Below, piece by piece: positions 1 through 13,791 of a DNA stretch of 64,000 bases; positions within the stretch are counted from its first letter, which is position 1, and every line of letters begins with the position of its first letter. This DNA is from Felis catus. Taxonomy: Eukaryota. The DNA lies in contig NC_058368.1 of NCBI RefSeq assembly GCF_018350175.1, positions 170,440,001-170,504,000 of the forward strand. Direction: 5' to 3'. A program made the translations under genes and the position numbers. The notes beneath the pieces are model-generated. The model did not search any database, had not been told where the DNA came from, and saw nothing but the letters and a program-made list of their open reading frames with translations.

Positions 1-950
1 GGCAAAGTCTACCATGACTTTGGGTCTGGTTGCAGCACTTTAGTAGTTGTATGGTTCCTGAGAATATCATTTTCCAGTGCTGCATCAATATTATCTGTAA
101 TCTTACTAACTCAAAACTAGACTCACTTGGGATTTGAAATGCTGGTATTACAAAAGCAATTTGCCATATTCAGTCATGTTCTCTCTATTCAGACTAGGTA
201 ACTGACATGTAAGCAGAACAAGAGACTGACTACTTGAAGTCTTTCTCATTATCATTCTCAATAGTAGCCCTTCTCAATCAAAAGCTATATGAAGAGAATG
301 ACTGAAATCTTTAGAAAGAGTAAAGAAGTCAATTTCTTTGCACCTCAGTGAGAATCAAATTATATGGGTGATTGAGAAAATCTGTTCTGCTTATCTGTAT
401 AGCAGTGTAGAGATACTCTTTTCTGACTACCTTGGCTCCTTTTATAGTTTTCCTTGGCTGAGGTGTCCCAAATTTGGGACATCATCAACTACATTTACTT
501 ACTCTCTATATGTATAAAGTACTAATTTCCTCCTATGCATCCAACTCTTACAGAACCGTATTTAGGAGAGTGACCTTACTAAGATTCCCTAGGATCCTAC
601 TAACAAACTCTCCAGAAATCTGGCTAGCCATTAAAACTAGTCCTTGATAGTTATGGTTCATAGAGTCTCTGGTTTAAGCCAAGCAAACAAATCTACATGG
701 ATATGACTAGCTTGCTGCTTTTTCTCCTTCAAGGGATTTGCTTATCTCATTTATGCTACAGCTGATTGAGAATAAGTGTGTTTGCTGTCAACTTTTCCTT
801 TCTCATTAAGGCATGATGAGGTAGGTATCCAATATTCTCTATCAGAGATATACAAAGAAACAAGTATGTAAAAATTACAACAATAAAGCATAGAATGTTC
901 AGACAAAAAAAACAATCGCATGTACTTATCCCATCTAGTTATATTTGGGT

Positions 951-1156
951 TTTTTTTAATGTTTATTTATTTTTGAGAGAGAGACAGAGCACAAGCAGGG
1001 GAGGGGCAGAGAGAGAGGGAGACACAGAATCCAAAGCAGGCTCCAGGAACTGAGCTGTCAGCACAGAGCCCGACACAGGGCTGGAACTCACGAACTGTGA
1101 GATCATCACCTGAGCTGAAGTCAGAAGCTTAACTGACTGAGCCACCCAGGCGCCCC
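951..1156 (-). mobile_element. CanSINE (SINEC_Fc-type tRNA-derived SINE)
   Basis: Reverse complement begins GGGGCGCCTGGGTGGCTCAGTC (A-box head), followed by a (CT)n tract and an AATAAA/poly-A tail. Confidence 0.95.
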
Positions 1157-1161
1157 GATAT

Positions 1162-1363
1162 CTTTTTTTTTAATTTATTTATTTTTCAGAACAGAGTGAG
1201 AGAGCAAGTGAGGGAGGGGAAGAGAGACAGGGAAAGAGAAAATCCCAGGCAGGCACCACACTGTCAGTGAGGTGCCCGATGCAGGGCTCAGACTCACAAA
1301 CCATGAGATCATGACCTATGCTGAAGTCAGACACTTAACCGACTGAGGCACCCCTGCAACCTG
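1162..1363 (-). mobile_element. CanSINE (older copy), tandem with the previous SINE
   Basis: Degenerate SINE head, CT tract and tail. Direct repeat CATCTAGTTATAT at 932-944 and 1364-1376 brackets both SINEs. Confidence 0.9.
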
Positions 1364-2539
1364 CATCTAGTTATATCATAAATCATCCCTATCTTGAGAA
1401 AATAGAATAGCCTAATCCATCTTTCTTAATTATATCTTAATAGTTTACTAAGTCCATGGGCTCAGAGTTGAAGGAAGAACTGTCACATACTAGATGGCCA
1501 AGAAAATCCCCTTGGTTTGCTGAGGCAGGGGTATAAGGTCACCTAGGTTGCTAGGAGCCTATGTCTCCAATATAAAATCTGAACGAAGTAATTAATAAAT
1601 AGAATAGGAGCCAACTCGCAGTTTAAATTTATTATGCTTCAGTGGCTTGCAAAGTTGAGTGGGAAGGTGTAACTTGGATCTGTGGCCAACATGTGGTTCT
1701 CCTAATACTCCTTTTAAGTCTAGATCTTGGGATCCATATGCAGGAAGAAGTGAAACTACAGATCATCCTGAGTATATTCAGGTATTGAGACTTAAAGAAG
1801 ACAGCCGATACTGTCTTAACCCGGGAATAAAGAGAGAAATCTACCAGGGTGGGCCATGGTTTTCAACATGCTAAATCTACCCATTGACAATCAGGCTCTT
1901 GTCAAGACTGTATGCTCCTTTTGATGGAGAAAGTAACAAAGAAAGTGGAGAGAGAGAGAGATCAGAAGTATTTTACCAATTCTGATTCCTCTTGGGCAGT
2001 GGGGTGGGAATTTTCCCCCATCTACAGAAACGTAAGATGTGTGGCACTAAATCATCTTCCCATAAAAGAAGAACAAAGCAGAGTGTCAAAAGCCAAGGAG
2101 TTAAGAAACTGAAAATGTCAAGTGGTTTGAGATGCAACCTAAGAGAAACACAATGATACCAAAGGCCAATTCTATTGGATGTTGGCAGCACACCCACTGG
2201 CTTGAGAGAAAGTTTGTAAAAAATGGCCATTGCCAAATCAAAGTAAAGTCTTGGTGGTGGTGTCTTTTGGTTTTGGATTTTTTTTTCCAGGCATTGAATA
2301 ATTTATTTTGTTATAATTATAGTTGGGTATTTCAAAACATCCTGAATAGCAGGTTAAGAAGAGAAAATGGAGTAAATGCTTGAAGGCAGGAATTTTGTTA
2401 GTCATGCCTTTATTTGTTAAAGAGAAGAATGTAAGCCCTCGCCAGGCATGTGTCTTAGGGTTGTGGAGTGGCAAGTGGGTGGAATTTTTCAAGTATTAGC
2501 AGGTGTTCATTTGGTTGTGCAGTCAGAAACCTCTCCTTT

Positions 2540-3140
2540 TTTTTCTTTCAATTATATTGAGATAAAATTGGCATATAACATTGCATTAACTTAAGGTGTA
2601 CAATGTAATAATTTGGTATATGTACATATTATGAAATGATTATCACAATTAGGTAACATCTATCATCTCACATAGTTATAAATTTTTTTCTTGTGGTAAG
2701 AACTTTTAAAATTTACTCTCAGCAAGGGCGCCTGGGTGGCTCAGTCTGTTAAACAGTCGACTTCAGCTCAGGTCATGATCTCACAGTTCTTGAGTTCGAG
2801 CCGACGTCGGGCTCTGTGCTGACAGCTCAGAGCCTGGAGACTGCTTTGGATTCTGTGTCTCCCTCTCTCTCTCTGCCCCTCCCCCACTCACATTCTATCT
2901 CCTTCAAGAGTAAATAAACACTAAAAAAATTTAAAAATAAAATAAAATCTACTCTCAGCAACTTCCAAATATCCAATATAGTATTGTTAACTATTGTCAC
3001 CATGCAGTACATTACACCCCCAGAACTTATTTATCTTATAACTGGAAGTTCGTATCTTTTGACCACCTTCTTCCATTTCCCCCATTCCTCACCACCCATC
3101 TCTGCCAACCACCAATCTGTTCTCTATTTCTATGAGTTCA
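2540..3140 (-). mobile_element. L1 3' end fragment (L1MA-like), split by a SINE
   Basis: Poly-T followed by typical antisense L1MA 3'-UTR sequence (…GGTGTACAATG…TACTCTCAGCAACTTCCAAATAT…CAACCACCAATCTGTTCTCTATTTCTATGAG). Confidence 0.75.
2726..2942 (+). mobile_element. CanSINE
   Basis: GGGCGCCTGGGTGGCTCAG head. TSD TAAAAT(T/C)TACTCTCAGCAA at 2707-2725 and 2943-2961. Confidence 0.95.
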
Positions 3141-3519
3141 AGAAAATTTTTCTTCTTTTAGTAAAGACAAATATAGATGACCTGCATTTTTCTAAATTCA
3201 GTGAAATAATCTGGTTTTGCTTTGCTATGACATTTTTAGGAAGCCTACAATTCAAGTTCAAATAAAACTAAAAGGGTAGTTGGAATGGAATGCCTCTTCT
3301 GATCTTACAATTCCATAATATAACTCTAAGGCTGACAGTACCTGTACCTTAAAAATCTGGGTTAAGTAAGCTCAAGCAGCACTACACTATGGTCTTTTGT
3401 TTTCTTTTTTCTTTTCTAGGGCTTTTATTTTCTTACAGGTCCCTCAGCTTCTATGTCCTCACATGTCATTCTGGTATCCATTATATTGGCCCTACTATGA
3501 AAATGAATCCCTTTTCCGG

Positions 3520-3524
<5 letters not shown>

Positions 3525-3567
<43 letters not shown>
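3525..3567. repeat. (AC)21 microsatellite
   Basis: Perfect dinucleotide run. Confidence 0.98.
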
Positions 3568-3570
<3 letters not shown>

Positions 3571-3951
3571 TTATTTATTGACTCTGCTATAAAAGATAAG
3601 AAATTTCTTATCATATATCCTTGTTCTGGTCATTTGTTTTAGTTATATTGTATTACTTTTTCTATTGTTCATCTTCATGATTTTACATAACATACTAAGC
3701 CTCAATTTTGTATTGTTTTAACTTCAAAGAGTAACTCCTAAATATGTATTACATAAAATGAGAAAAGTGCATAGTATATTTATACCTCTTGCCATGTACA
3801 TCTTCTTTTTCCTAACACTTCCCAAATTCTGTCAAGTATAATGTTTTCTAATACAGTTAGGTTTTCTAATATTTGCATTCTGTGCTGTAGCCATGACTTT
3901 TTCCACTCTTTGATCATAGGTTTGTTTGGGAAATCAAAAGCAAATAACTGT

Positions 3952-4159
3952 TGGAGCACCTTGGTGGCTCAGTTAAAGCGTCTGAATCTTGGTTTCAGCT
4001 CAGGTCACGATCTCATGGTTTCATGAGCTCAAGCCCCACGTCGCATTCTGCACTCACAGTGAAGAACCTGCTTGGGATACTCTCTCTCTCCCTCTCTCTG
4101 CTTCTCCCCCACTCATGCTGTCTCTGTCTCTCTCAAAAATGAATAAAAAAAATTTTTTT
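3952..4159 (+). mobile_element. CanSINE
   Basis: SINE head, CT tract and A tail. TSD AAAGCAAATAACTGT at 3937-3951 and 4160-4174. Confidence 0.95.
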
Positions 4160-4855
4160 AAAGCAAATAACTGTCATTAAGAATATTATGATAGTAATTA
4201 TGCATATTCACTGCAACACCAAATGATATGATTGAACTAAGAGAAAAATGCATATATATTATGTCATAAAATCTGTTCCCTTTGAAGGGGAACGTTTCAC
4301 ATAACAGGCTCAAAAGGATTATCTCTAGTTATACTCCATTAATCATGCCTTATTATAATTTTCCTTACATTTGGTCCTTGATTTTTTTTTGTATGAATTT
4401 TGTTTGGCTTTCATTCTTTTGGCTGCAAAAAAAAAATGACTTCTCTTCTAATCACTAAGATATTCCAAAATGTTACACATGCTATTTGTGGAAGGCCTTA
4501 ATATTTAATAACTTGAATACAAGGACTGTTAATTTGAGATTTTTTTTCATTGCATTCCTACTGAGGTTTGTATTTCATATTCATGTTTCTGATTCCTTCT
4601 TTGTGTTGCTAGATTATTTTCACAAGAAATTTTTTGAGATAAGAAGCATGGAAATTAATTTTGAATGCATGCATGTCTGAAAACTATTTTGCTTTCACAG
4701 TTGATTGATAATTGTACTGATTACAGACTTTTGGAATCAGAAGCATTCCCTGTCATAACTTTGATGGAATCCATTGTCTTCAAGGATCCAAAGAATACTT
4801 GCCTGAAAAGACATTTAACAGCAGCTTGACTCCTCTTCCTTTGTAGGAGGACTTA

Positions 4856-5099
4856 TTTTTATCGTTAATGTTTATCTATTTTATTTTATTTTATTTTATT
4901 TTATTTTATTTTATTTGAGAAAGAGAGAGAGAGAGAATAAAAGTGGGGGGAAGGTCAGAGAGAGAGGGAGAGAGAGGATGTCAGCTGGGCTGACAGCACA
5001 GAGCCCGATGCAGAACTTGAACCCACAAATAGTGAGATCATGACCTGATCCAAAATCAAGAGTTGGACACTCAGCTGACTAGGTCACCCGGGTTCCCAG
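4856..5099 (-). mobile_element. CanSINE with (TTTTA)n tail expansion
   Basis: Antisense SINE body with (GA)n and a pentanucleotide tail. Confidence 0.9.
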
Positions 5100-5635
5100 C
5101 TGTTTGTTTCTTATGAAAGATTTTAGGATTTTCTCTTTATCCTTGTGTTCTAAAATTGCATGAAGATGTGCTTAGGGATATGTTTTTGTTGTCATCAGTT
5201 TTCCTTTCCTACACTCTGTAGTATAAAAATCCCTTAAACTTGTCTTTCTTTAGCACTGGGTATTTTTCTGTTACTTCTTTGGCAACAGTACTTCCTGCTT
5301 TCATTTTGCAATATGACTTTTTATTCCAAATATATTGTTTTGACGTGTGTCTTCTGGATTGACCTTCTAGAGCTCAACATTTTCTCTTATTTTCTATCTT
5401 TTTGCTATACGTTCCTGAGATTTTCTCAACTTTTTCTTATGGCCTTCCTATTAAATATTTACCTAAGTAATAATATTTTTTAATTTTCAGGATCTTCTTC
5501 TTGGCCTTAGAAGGCTTGCTTTCACTTGGTTCGGTTTGGCGTTTGAAGGTTTGGTTCATTATTTTTGCTTTATAATAGATATATACTATCTTCATAAATC
5601 TTTATGAAGATAATTAATAAAATTCTTATAAATTT

Positions 5636-5760
5636 AAGAAGACTATATCATATGTTGTCTAAATCTGGGCACTTTTGATAGTAGAAGAGGTGTGTTATCA
5701 ATAAAAACCTAGGAAAACAGAAACAAGGTTGTCGTGCAAATTGGGATTTATTAGCAGCCT
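5636..5760. mobile_element. MER81-like hAT non-autonomous DNA transposon relic
   Basis: Resembles the recalled MER81 consensus (…CACTTTTGAGAGTGAAAGGGGG…CAAACCGGGAC); degenerate. Confidence 0.5.
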
Positions 5761-6121
5761 TTTAAAGGTGCTTTTATATTTTTTGATTACCTATCTCCTC
5801 TAAGTGGGTTGCTCTGTTTGTTCTTCTTGATATGGCTTCTTTGTGCAGCTATTTTTTTCCAAATGCCTAGAGAAATGGGATTGTTTAAAATTGTTTATAA
5901 TAAAGAAGCTTCTCTTTCAGTTAGCATATGTAGGTTTTCTCTGACCTTTCCCTTAAAGAGGTGAAGTAACCACAAGCTCTGTGATCTTAGGTAGGTCTTT
6001 TGACCTGCAAGCATCACTAGGTACATCGGTTGGGAAGAGTCAAAGGCTCTGGAACTCAACCCCCATTCTGAAGGCATTGGCCTTCTAGGAAGATTACTGA
6101 ATTTCATTAAGATTCTTTGCC

Positions 6122-6290
6122 TGGCAGTGCCTAGGTGGCTCAATTGGTTAAGCATCCAACTCTTGATTTCGGCTCAGGTCACGATCTCATGGTCCTAGGA
6201 TGGAGCCCGTGTCAGACTTCATGCTAAGTGGAGCCTGCTGGGGATTCTCTTTCTCCCTCTCTCAAAACAAATAAACATTTAGAAAAAAGA
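6122..6290 (+). mobile_element. CanSINE (short)
   Basis: GTGCCTAGGTGGCTCAATTGGTTAAG head; AATAAACATTT tail. Confidence 0.9.
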
Positions 6291-7620
6291 TTATTTCCCT
6301 GATTAAAGCCTGTGTATCACACAAAGTAACACACAAAGAATCACTTAATCACTTCTCTCATTTCCTAACTCGTCTTCCACAACTGCTAACCCTGCTCTCA
6401 GTATATGTTGTTTTGTGCTGGTTTTGCTCTGGAAGAAAACTGGTTCTCACTTCTGCTTTAGCCATTTCTTGTATGGGCTTGGACTTTAGCTCCTTGTTTG
6501 TAATTTATCCACCACTACAAAACCATCCACTTTTCATTTTCCTGAAAAGTACCAAACTCTGACCATGCCTTTACCATAATTCTCAGCACTTTTTCTTTAT
6601 AGTAATTTCAATGTATTTCATAACAAAGAAAACCAATGTTTATGATTTGTCTACCAGCTACCATTTAGCAAATATTTACCAATCATATTTACTAGTGGAA
6701 TTTATTTCCCAAGTGATTTTTATGCATCAAGAACTATGTTATAGAGGTAGGAATACAAAGATAAACAAGACATGGCACCTCAGAGTGCTCAAAACCCAAT
6801 GGGCAATTTTTTTCTACCACTCTGAGCTTAATTATTTAATTTCAAAATGAGGAGGTAAGACTGACTATGAATTATCATGTGTATATTTTTAGACCAGGAG
6901 CCTGCAGGATCTTCCTCCAAAGTAGCATTGCTCAAGAACAATCATTTTCAGCTCACTATCCTGTCATCCAGGCCCACTAAAGTAGCCCCATCACACACAC
7001 AGATCTATAGGAGTAAGACAGGCTTGCTCATCTGGCTCTGTGGGGTACCCACAATCCTTCAGCTTGGGGAGGAGCTGTGATCTGGTCCCTCTGATTCTCT
7101 GTGAGGGCCCCCTCTATGTGGTTCTCTGCATGAGCAGACCTTCTGAAACCAGTGGGGAAGTAGCCTTGCCCCTGGCCCAGTAATGGGAGTGGCAGCCCTG
7201 TGATCTCTGAATTGCTTTAAAATCATTCTTCCCTTGCTTGAAAAACTAGTGCACATTCACAGTCAAAGAGCTCTATAGTCACATTCTATAAAATTCAAGA
7301 AGTCTGACAATCTTCCTTCACCCCAGTCCCACTTTTTTTGCTCCTTTTAATTCAAACTGGCAGTATCTCTGCTGATAAAATCCCATCTCTATCCCGGATT
7401 CTGTTGAGTTGTCCAGTTAAGTCCATGAGTTACATTCAAGATCTCTTTATCAAATGGTTAGTGTTCTTTTCAGAACCTGTTTCTCATTTTTTATAATATG
7501 GATAGGATGAGAATTTTCCAAATCTCCAAGTACTGGTTCCTTTTTCAACTCATACCTCTCCTTCCAATTTTACTATAAAGTAGTAAGGAGGACCCAGGCT
7601 ACACTTTAAATACTTTGTTT

Positions 7621-8379
7621 AAACACAAAAAGACTCTTAAAGACAAAGAACAAATAGGGTTTATGGAGGGAACTGGGTGGGGGATGGGCTAGATGGGTGA
7701 TATGTTATTTTTTTTAATTTTTTTAATTTTTTTAATATATGAAATTTATTGTCAAATTGGTTTCCATACAACACCCAGTGCTCATCCCAAAAGGTGCCCT
7801 CCTCAATACCCATCACCCACCCTCCCCTCCCTCCCACCCCCCATCAACCTTCAGTTTGTTCTCACTTTTTAAGAGTCTCTTATGCTTTGGCTCTCTCCCA
7901 CTCTAACCTCTTTTTTTTTTTTTTCCTTCCCCTCCTCCATGGGTTTCTGTTAAGTTTCTCAGGATCCACATAAGAGTGAAAACATATGGTATCTGTCTTT
8001 CTCTGTATGGCTTATTTCACTTAGCATCACACTCTCCAGTTCCATCCACGTTGCTACAAAGGGCCATATTTCATTCTTTCTCATTGCCATGTAGTACGCC
8101 ATTGTGTATATAAACCACAATTTCTTTATCCATTCATCAGTTGATGGACATTTAGGCTCTTTCCATAATTTGGCTATTGTTGAGAGTGCTGCTATAAACA
8201 TTGGGGTACAATTGCCCCTATGCAGGGTGATATGTTATTAAGGAGGGCACTCGTGATGAGCACTGGGTGTTGTATGTAAGTGATGAATCACTGAATTCTA
8301 CTTCTGAAACCAATATTGCACTGTATGTTAACTAATTAAAATATAATAAATAAATAAATAAAATTATTATATTAAAAGA
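7621..8379 (+). mobile_element. Carnivore L1 3' end, interrupted by a younger L1
   Basis: AGACTCTTAA…GGGATGGGCTAGATGGGTGAT…TTAAGGAGGGCAC…GATGAGCACTGGGTGTTGTATGTAAGTGATGAATCAC followed by an A-rich tail. Confidence 0.85.
7710..8224 (-). mobile_element. 5'-truncated young felid L1 (ORF2 C-terminus and 3' UTR)
   Basis: Near-identical to the 3' end of the full-length L1; encodes [20 protein letters not shown]…. TSD GGGTGATATGTTATT at 7695-7709 and 8225-8239. Confidence 0.95.
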
Positions 8380-8721
8380 AGAAATCTACCCTGCTAAATA
8401 CCCCATTTCATCACTCACAAGTTCTATCTTCCACAAAACAGTAGCATACAATTCAGCCAAGTTATTTGCTACTTCATAACAAAGATCACCTTCCTTCCAG
8501 TTTCCAATAACCTGGTCCTTGTTTCTGTGTGAGACCTCACCAGAATGGTCTTTAAAAATCCAGTATTTCTACCAACAGTCCCATTATAGCAATCTCAGAG
8601 TTTTCTAATGCTTGGCTCAAAACTCTTCTAGCCATAATACATTCACCCAGTTCCAAGGCCACACCCACATTTTTAGGTATTTGTTATAGCAGCACTCCAC
8701 TCCTAATGCTAAAATCTGTCT

Positions 8722-9100
8722 TTGTCAGCTGGGGCTGCCATAACAAAGCACCATAGTCCAGGTAGCTTAGACAACAGGAATTTATTTTCTCACACTTCTG
8801 GATGCTTGAAGTCCAAGATGAAAGTGCCAGCTGATTCCATTCCTGGTGAGAGCTATCTTCCTGGCTTGAAGACAGTCACTTTTTCACTTTTTCCTCACTT
8901 GATGGAAAGCAACAAAAAAAGAGAGAGAGAGAGAGGGTGCCATGGTGTCTCTTCTCATAAGGACACTAATCCCATCAAACCAAGGCCCTACCCTTATGAC
9001 CTCATTTAACCTTAATTGCTTTCTTACTCCAAATACAGTCACATTGCAGGTTAGAGTTTCAACATACAAATTTAGTGGAGGAACACAAATATTCAGTCCA
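8722..9100. mobile_element. MaLR solo LTR (MLT1A-like)
   Basis: GGGGCTGCCATAACAAA…TTTATTTTCTCACA…GAAGTCCAAGAT…GGACACTAATCCCAT…CCTCATTTAACCTTAATT…ATTCAGTCCA. Confidence 0.85.
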
Positions 9101-9935
9101 GAGTGGCATGCCTATGCAGCTCTTTCAAATAGGACCCTGAATCAGTGTCTCCTCTTTGTTCATTTCATACTGATCTAGTTATGGCCTGCATTTAGTACTT
9201 ACTACTTAAAAACAATACAAAAGAAAGTAAGTTAGATTCCACCTTCAAGGAGAGATCAGAACAGGAAACAATAACTACAATAAAGACAATTTTCTTTTTC
9301 TTTAGGAGAATTAGACTTACTGTATCATGAGGATTCAGTGAAGTGAAAAATCAGTAGAGGGGATTAGGAAAGGCTTCATGGAGAAGGTCATGCTTGAACA
9401 AGTCTTGAGATATCAGGAAGGAGGATTTCAGGATTTAGAGGGACAGCTTAATAGTGAAAGTAACTGCATAAGGAAAGGCTCAAAATGAGGAAAGTGTAGA
9501 CACAATCGGGAAACAGCAAGTAATTCAAGATTGCCAGAACATAGGATGCATAAGGATCAGAGTAACCAATAAGGCTAGAAAAGAAGTAGGTGACATATTA
9601 TGAAAATCTTGAGTGCTAGAGAAAGAAATGTATAATTAATTGAGTTACCAATGTGAAATAATAAAAAATTTCTAGAAAAGAGCAATGTGACCAGAGCTGG
9701 TGTTTACAGGTAACTAGGCAAAATAGGAGCACCTCTTCTGCTAATTGCAGTTCAGCAAAGAGCCATGAAGATGGTTATGACTAAAACTCTCTTGCAATAA
9801 AACTCATCTTAACACTCATCAGCAACTCAAGTTTTATAAGGTTATCCCATGAAGATGAAACCTAACCCACCCTCAGTATTACTATTCCCCACTATATTCC
9901 AGCACTTAAGCAGTACCTGGCATGTAGTAGAAATG

Positions 9936-9937
<2 letters not shown>

Positions 9938-9982
<45 letters not shown>
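9938..9982. repeat. (AT)n microsatellite
   Basis: Perfect AT run, next to an L2-like tail. Confidence 0.97.
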
Positions 9983-9985
<3 letters not shown>

Positions 9986-12900
9986 TAAATGAGCAAATGA
10001 ATGCTAAAAAAATTTACATAAAAACCTTAGTTATTCCTTAAGCTCTAAAAGAACTCTCACAAACTGACTCAAATAACTTATTTTAAAATCTTGGAAACCA
10101 GTAAAAATCTATTGAAGTTATGTGACATCAGTAAGAACTATCTTTTAGCATGCCAAACTAGTCTATTGATTTTATTTACTTTACTATGTTACTTCCATCG
10201 AGGGTACCAAATTAGAATATAAAAAATTTATTCTCTGATTTAGCATAAAGGTTTATCTGGTATCATTCATTTAGAAATATTACTTTTAATTATAAAGGTT
10301 GATGGGACTGGCCCTTCTCCACTAACATTACAGTAACTATTTTTTCTGAATATTAATATTACAGCTAAAACATACAATATTACATTCCAGTTACTTCTAT
10401 TACCACACCTCTAACAGCCATCCCTAGGCCATTCCTAAAGCCAACAGATGGACACACCAGTGGAAACTCTAGCACTCAACAAGATGAACCAGGGAAGAGA
10501 ACTGTGCAAGCTCCAAAAATGACCTCAGGGCCGTTTGGATGAGAAAGTCTGGAGATCCAGATGCCCTTTATGTGTCTTACAAGAGGACACACGGGCTATA
10601 GGCATACACTTCTCATTGGACCCATAGACACCTATCCCTGTGGGCTTGGGCATGGCTGGAAATGACTCAAAGTTGGGTTCTCTATAGCATACAGTTGAGA
10701 AGAGTATCCTCTTGCCCAAGTTTCAGAGTAGTACCATCTGAAATATGCTTCTGATTTCAGACAATTGTAAGTGGAAGTTAAAGGGAAACTGACAGTGTAG
10801 CAGTGAATTTTAAGGGTTCTGGTACCTTTGGTACCCACCATTTAAGCACTATGGGGGGAAAGCAGAAAAGAGAAACCCTTATAACAGCAAATTCTGGATT
10901 TGAGTATTACATAGACATCGGTTTGGATTACCATGCAGAGTGAGTAGAAAGAACATCCAATGAAAAATAGAGAAGAGATACAATAGATGAATGTCTTCTA
11001 TTAACTAGAAATATAATTGGAGTTGCGCCCATCAATGTAATCTCCAGTTGTAGATTTAAGCCAAGAATCAACTCCCATTCCAATGGACAGAGAAGTAAGA
11101 TCAGAAAGAGTATGGCTATCTTTCAACTTTTTGAAGGATGCAAAAAGAAAAACAAAAAATAAAAAAGAGACCTAGGTTGGGGGCTGTGGGAAGTGGTACA
11201 AAGTAGAAGGAAATGCATCCTGGGGGCTTCAGAATATATGCTATAGCAGAATCTAGAAGAAAATTTGGTAACTTTGCTGATAACCTAGAAAAAGTACAAG
11301 ACCTGGCCTTTATAAACTGGAAGAACATGTAAAGGAAAAACATTGAAATGAGAAGGTAACAGAAAAATAAAATTAAAAAAAAATTAAATTAAAATTAAAA
11401 ATAAAATAATGAAATGAAAGATAACAAAATGAGATGAAAAAGAAGACGGAGATGGGTGTGATGAAGAGGATTTCAGGAAATCTAAAACTGTAAAACAGCA
11501 ACAGACCCACACTGGAGGCAGTTAAGAGTGTAATTAAAATCTTGGACAACTGAATCACTGAACATGAGTGACTTCCTAGGAATACAGAAGAAAATGAAAA
11601 GAAATTAAAACCATAAAGTAAAATATTAGGTTATTCTACTCAATAACTCCTATAGCAAAACTAAATTAGAGATTATCCAGATGTTAAACACAATGAAATT
11701 GCTAAAACTTTACTCACAAGAAAATTCAGGGCATTAAGTGTACTTCTTAAAAACAGTAGCAAACAAAAAATAAACAAAATAAGCTTTTAGAATAATAGAA
11801 GCTAGGTAAATAAAAAATATGTGCCTACAAAAAGCAAGAAAATAATTAAGAATTAAATTTAGAAATTAATAATAAATTAAATTAAATAGGAATTTAAATT
11901 AAATAGTAATTAAATTAAAAACATAGGATAAATATAGAAGTTCAAGAACTGGCCTCTTTGTAAAAGAAATACATTAAAAAATGACAAGAATATTCTAAAA
12001 AGTCAGGGAAAGGCACAAATATTTAACAATTAGAATAAGAAATAAAATAATGATATAAATTATCATTTACTTATGACAATGTGCCAGAAACTTCATTGAG
12101 TGATTTACAATCAATGATATCAACCTTATCAAGTAAATATCATTGGTATCCTGATTTTCAGTTGAGTAAATGAGTCTCAAAGCATTAAGAAACACCCAAA
12201 CCACAAAGCAAGCAAATGATAATGCTGGTACTGAAATCCTGCAGCCTCTGGAAGCCTGCAACCCCAACTATTAAGAAGACAAACACCAACCTGGAGAAAA
12301 GTTTTTAAATTATGGGAGATACTGTGAGCCACTCTAGTGAACATTACAGATTTCAATGAAAAGGGTGCATTTCTAAGAAAATGTAAATAATCAAAATGTG
12401 TGAAAAATTCAGTAAGGAAAATGCATCTAAATCAATGCAAAAGTCTATACCCCAAAAGCTCTGAATCCATGGGTTTTTAGCAGTAAGTTCCATAATATCT
12501 TCAGCTGGTAGATCATACTTATCCTATTTATTTTCCAGGACAGAGAAAAAGGTGAAAAACTACCAGTATGAAGCCAAATAATTAATTAGCTGATGTCACA
12601 GACCAAACGTGAGTACCATGTAAAGGAAAATAAAGTTAAAACTTAATTGTGAATGTCTACACAAAATTTACAAATAAAACATTAGCACTTGAATCTACCA
12701 GTACAGAGCTTTCCAACTAGGAAATGTTTTAGAAAATTTTCTACAGATGTGCTGCAAATTGGATGCAGGTATTCTGGGAGATCGTGGGTTCTCTCATCCC
12801 ATGAGACAGCAAGACAAGGCTTGGGAAGCTTGTACCCAACACCTTATGTTTCAGTGACAATCTTGAGGTGAAAGTAGGCATAGGGGGTTCTCCTGACAGG

Positions 12901-13260
12901 ACAATAAACAAGAATTAAATTTTAAGATTAATAGTAAATTGTAAAACAGAGTAGGAAAGAATAGTAACAGAGCTGTCACCAAAAAAGAAAGCAAGGTGAA
13001 GATGAGCTAGCCTGGCACTTGCTGTTCTGCTAGAACCTGCTGAATGTTGCCGAGGAGATGGTACCACCTGGACATCAACCTCAGCAGTCAGATGCCTGCT
13101 CAGGGATAGATAATGGGTTTATAAAGGCAAGACAAAGGTACGGGGTGCGGTGCATACCTTGGAGCTGGGGACCCAGTGTGTTTGCAGCTCCTGTTCTCTT
13201 CAGGGACTTCAAACTAGTCATGAGGGGCTGTTCTTCAAATGAATGCATGTTCTTGCCATG

Positions 13261-13432
13261 GGGCACCTAGGTGGCTCAGTTGGTTGAGCAAGTGACTTTG
13301 GCTCAGGTCAAGATCTCATGATTCATGAGATCAAGCCCCCACTGGGTTCGCTTCTGTTGGCACAGAGCTCACTTTGGATCCTCTGTTGCCTTCTCTCTCT
13401 GCTCCCCACCAAAATAAATAAAACATTTTTAA
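13261..13432 (+). mobile_element. CanSINE
   Basis: GGGCACCTAGGTGGCTCAG head; AATAAACATTTTTAAAA tail. Confidence 0.9.
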
Positions 13433-13791
13433 AAGTCTCACCATTATTTTGAAGCACTTAATGTTAAAACGTTGGATTGGATTCAAATTCCACTCACAAT
13501 TATGACAAGAAATGTCACCATTACATTTGTCAATGAAATAAAAAATAAAATTTGAGCTTGAAATGTAATTTCAACTACTGAACTATTTAAAAAAATTAAT
13601 GGATATCTACCTGTATGAATAAAGTTTCTTGGTGATAATTTAAAAGAATTTAAAGATAACATCACCAAGCCTTTCATCAGGGAATTGTGTGTAACCATTT
13701 AAGGCATAAATCCTGATGCAAATTTACAAAAAAAAAAAAAAAGTTATGTCCATGGGAGCAAGATAAACTTTCTCATTAAAAATTTAAATAG

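Larger units (their letters stand above)
6880..8720. mobile_element. MaLR LTR (MLT1-class), interrupted at 7621-8379 by L1 insertions
   Basis: Sequence before 7620 and after 8380 joins into a continuous MLT1-type LTR (…ACTTTG|GAAATCT…CACTCACAAGTTCTATCTTCCACAAAAC…GGTATTTGTTATAGCAGCAC). Confidence 0.65.

Noticed and set aside
1..2540. Unique-looking sequence that might be decayed ERV internal region
   Set aside because: No convincing gag/pol/env motif could be read in any frame.
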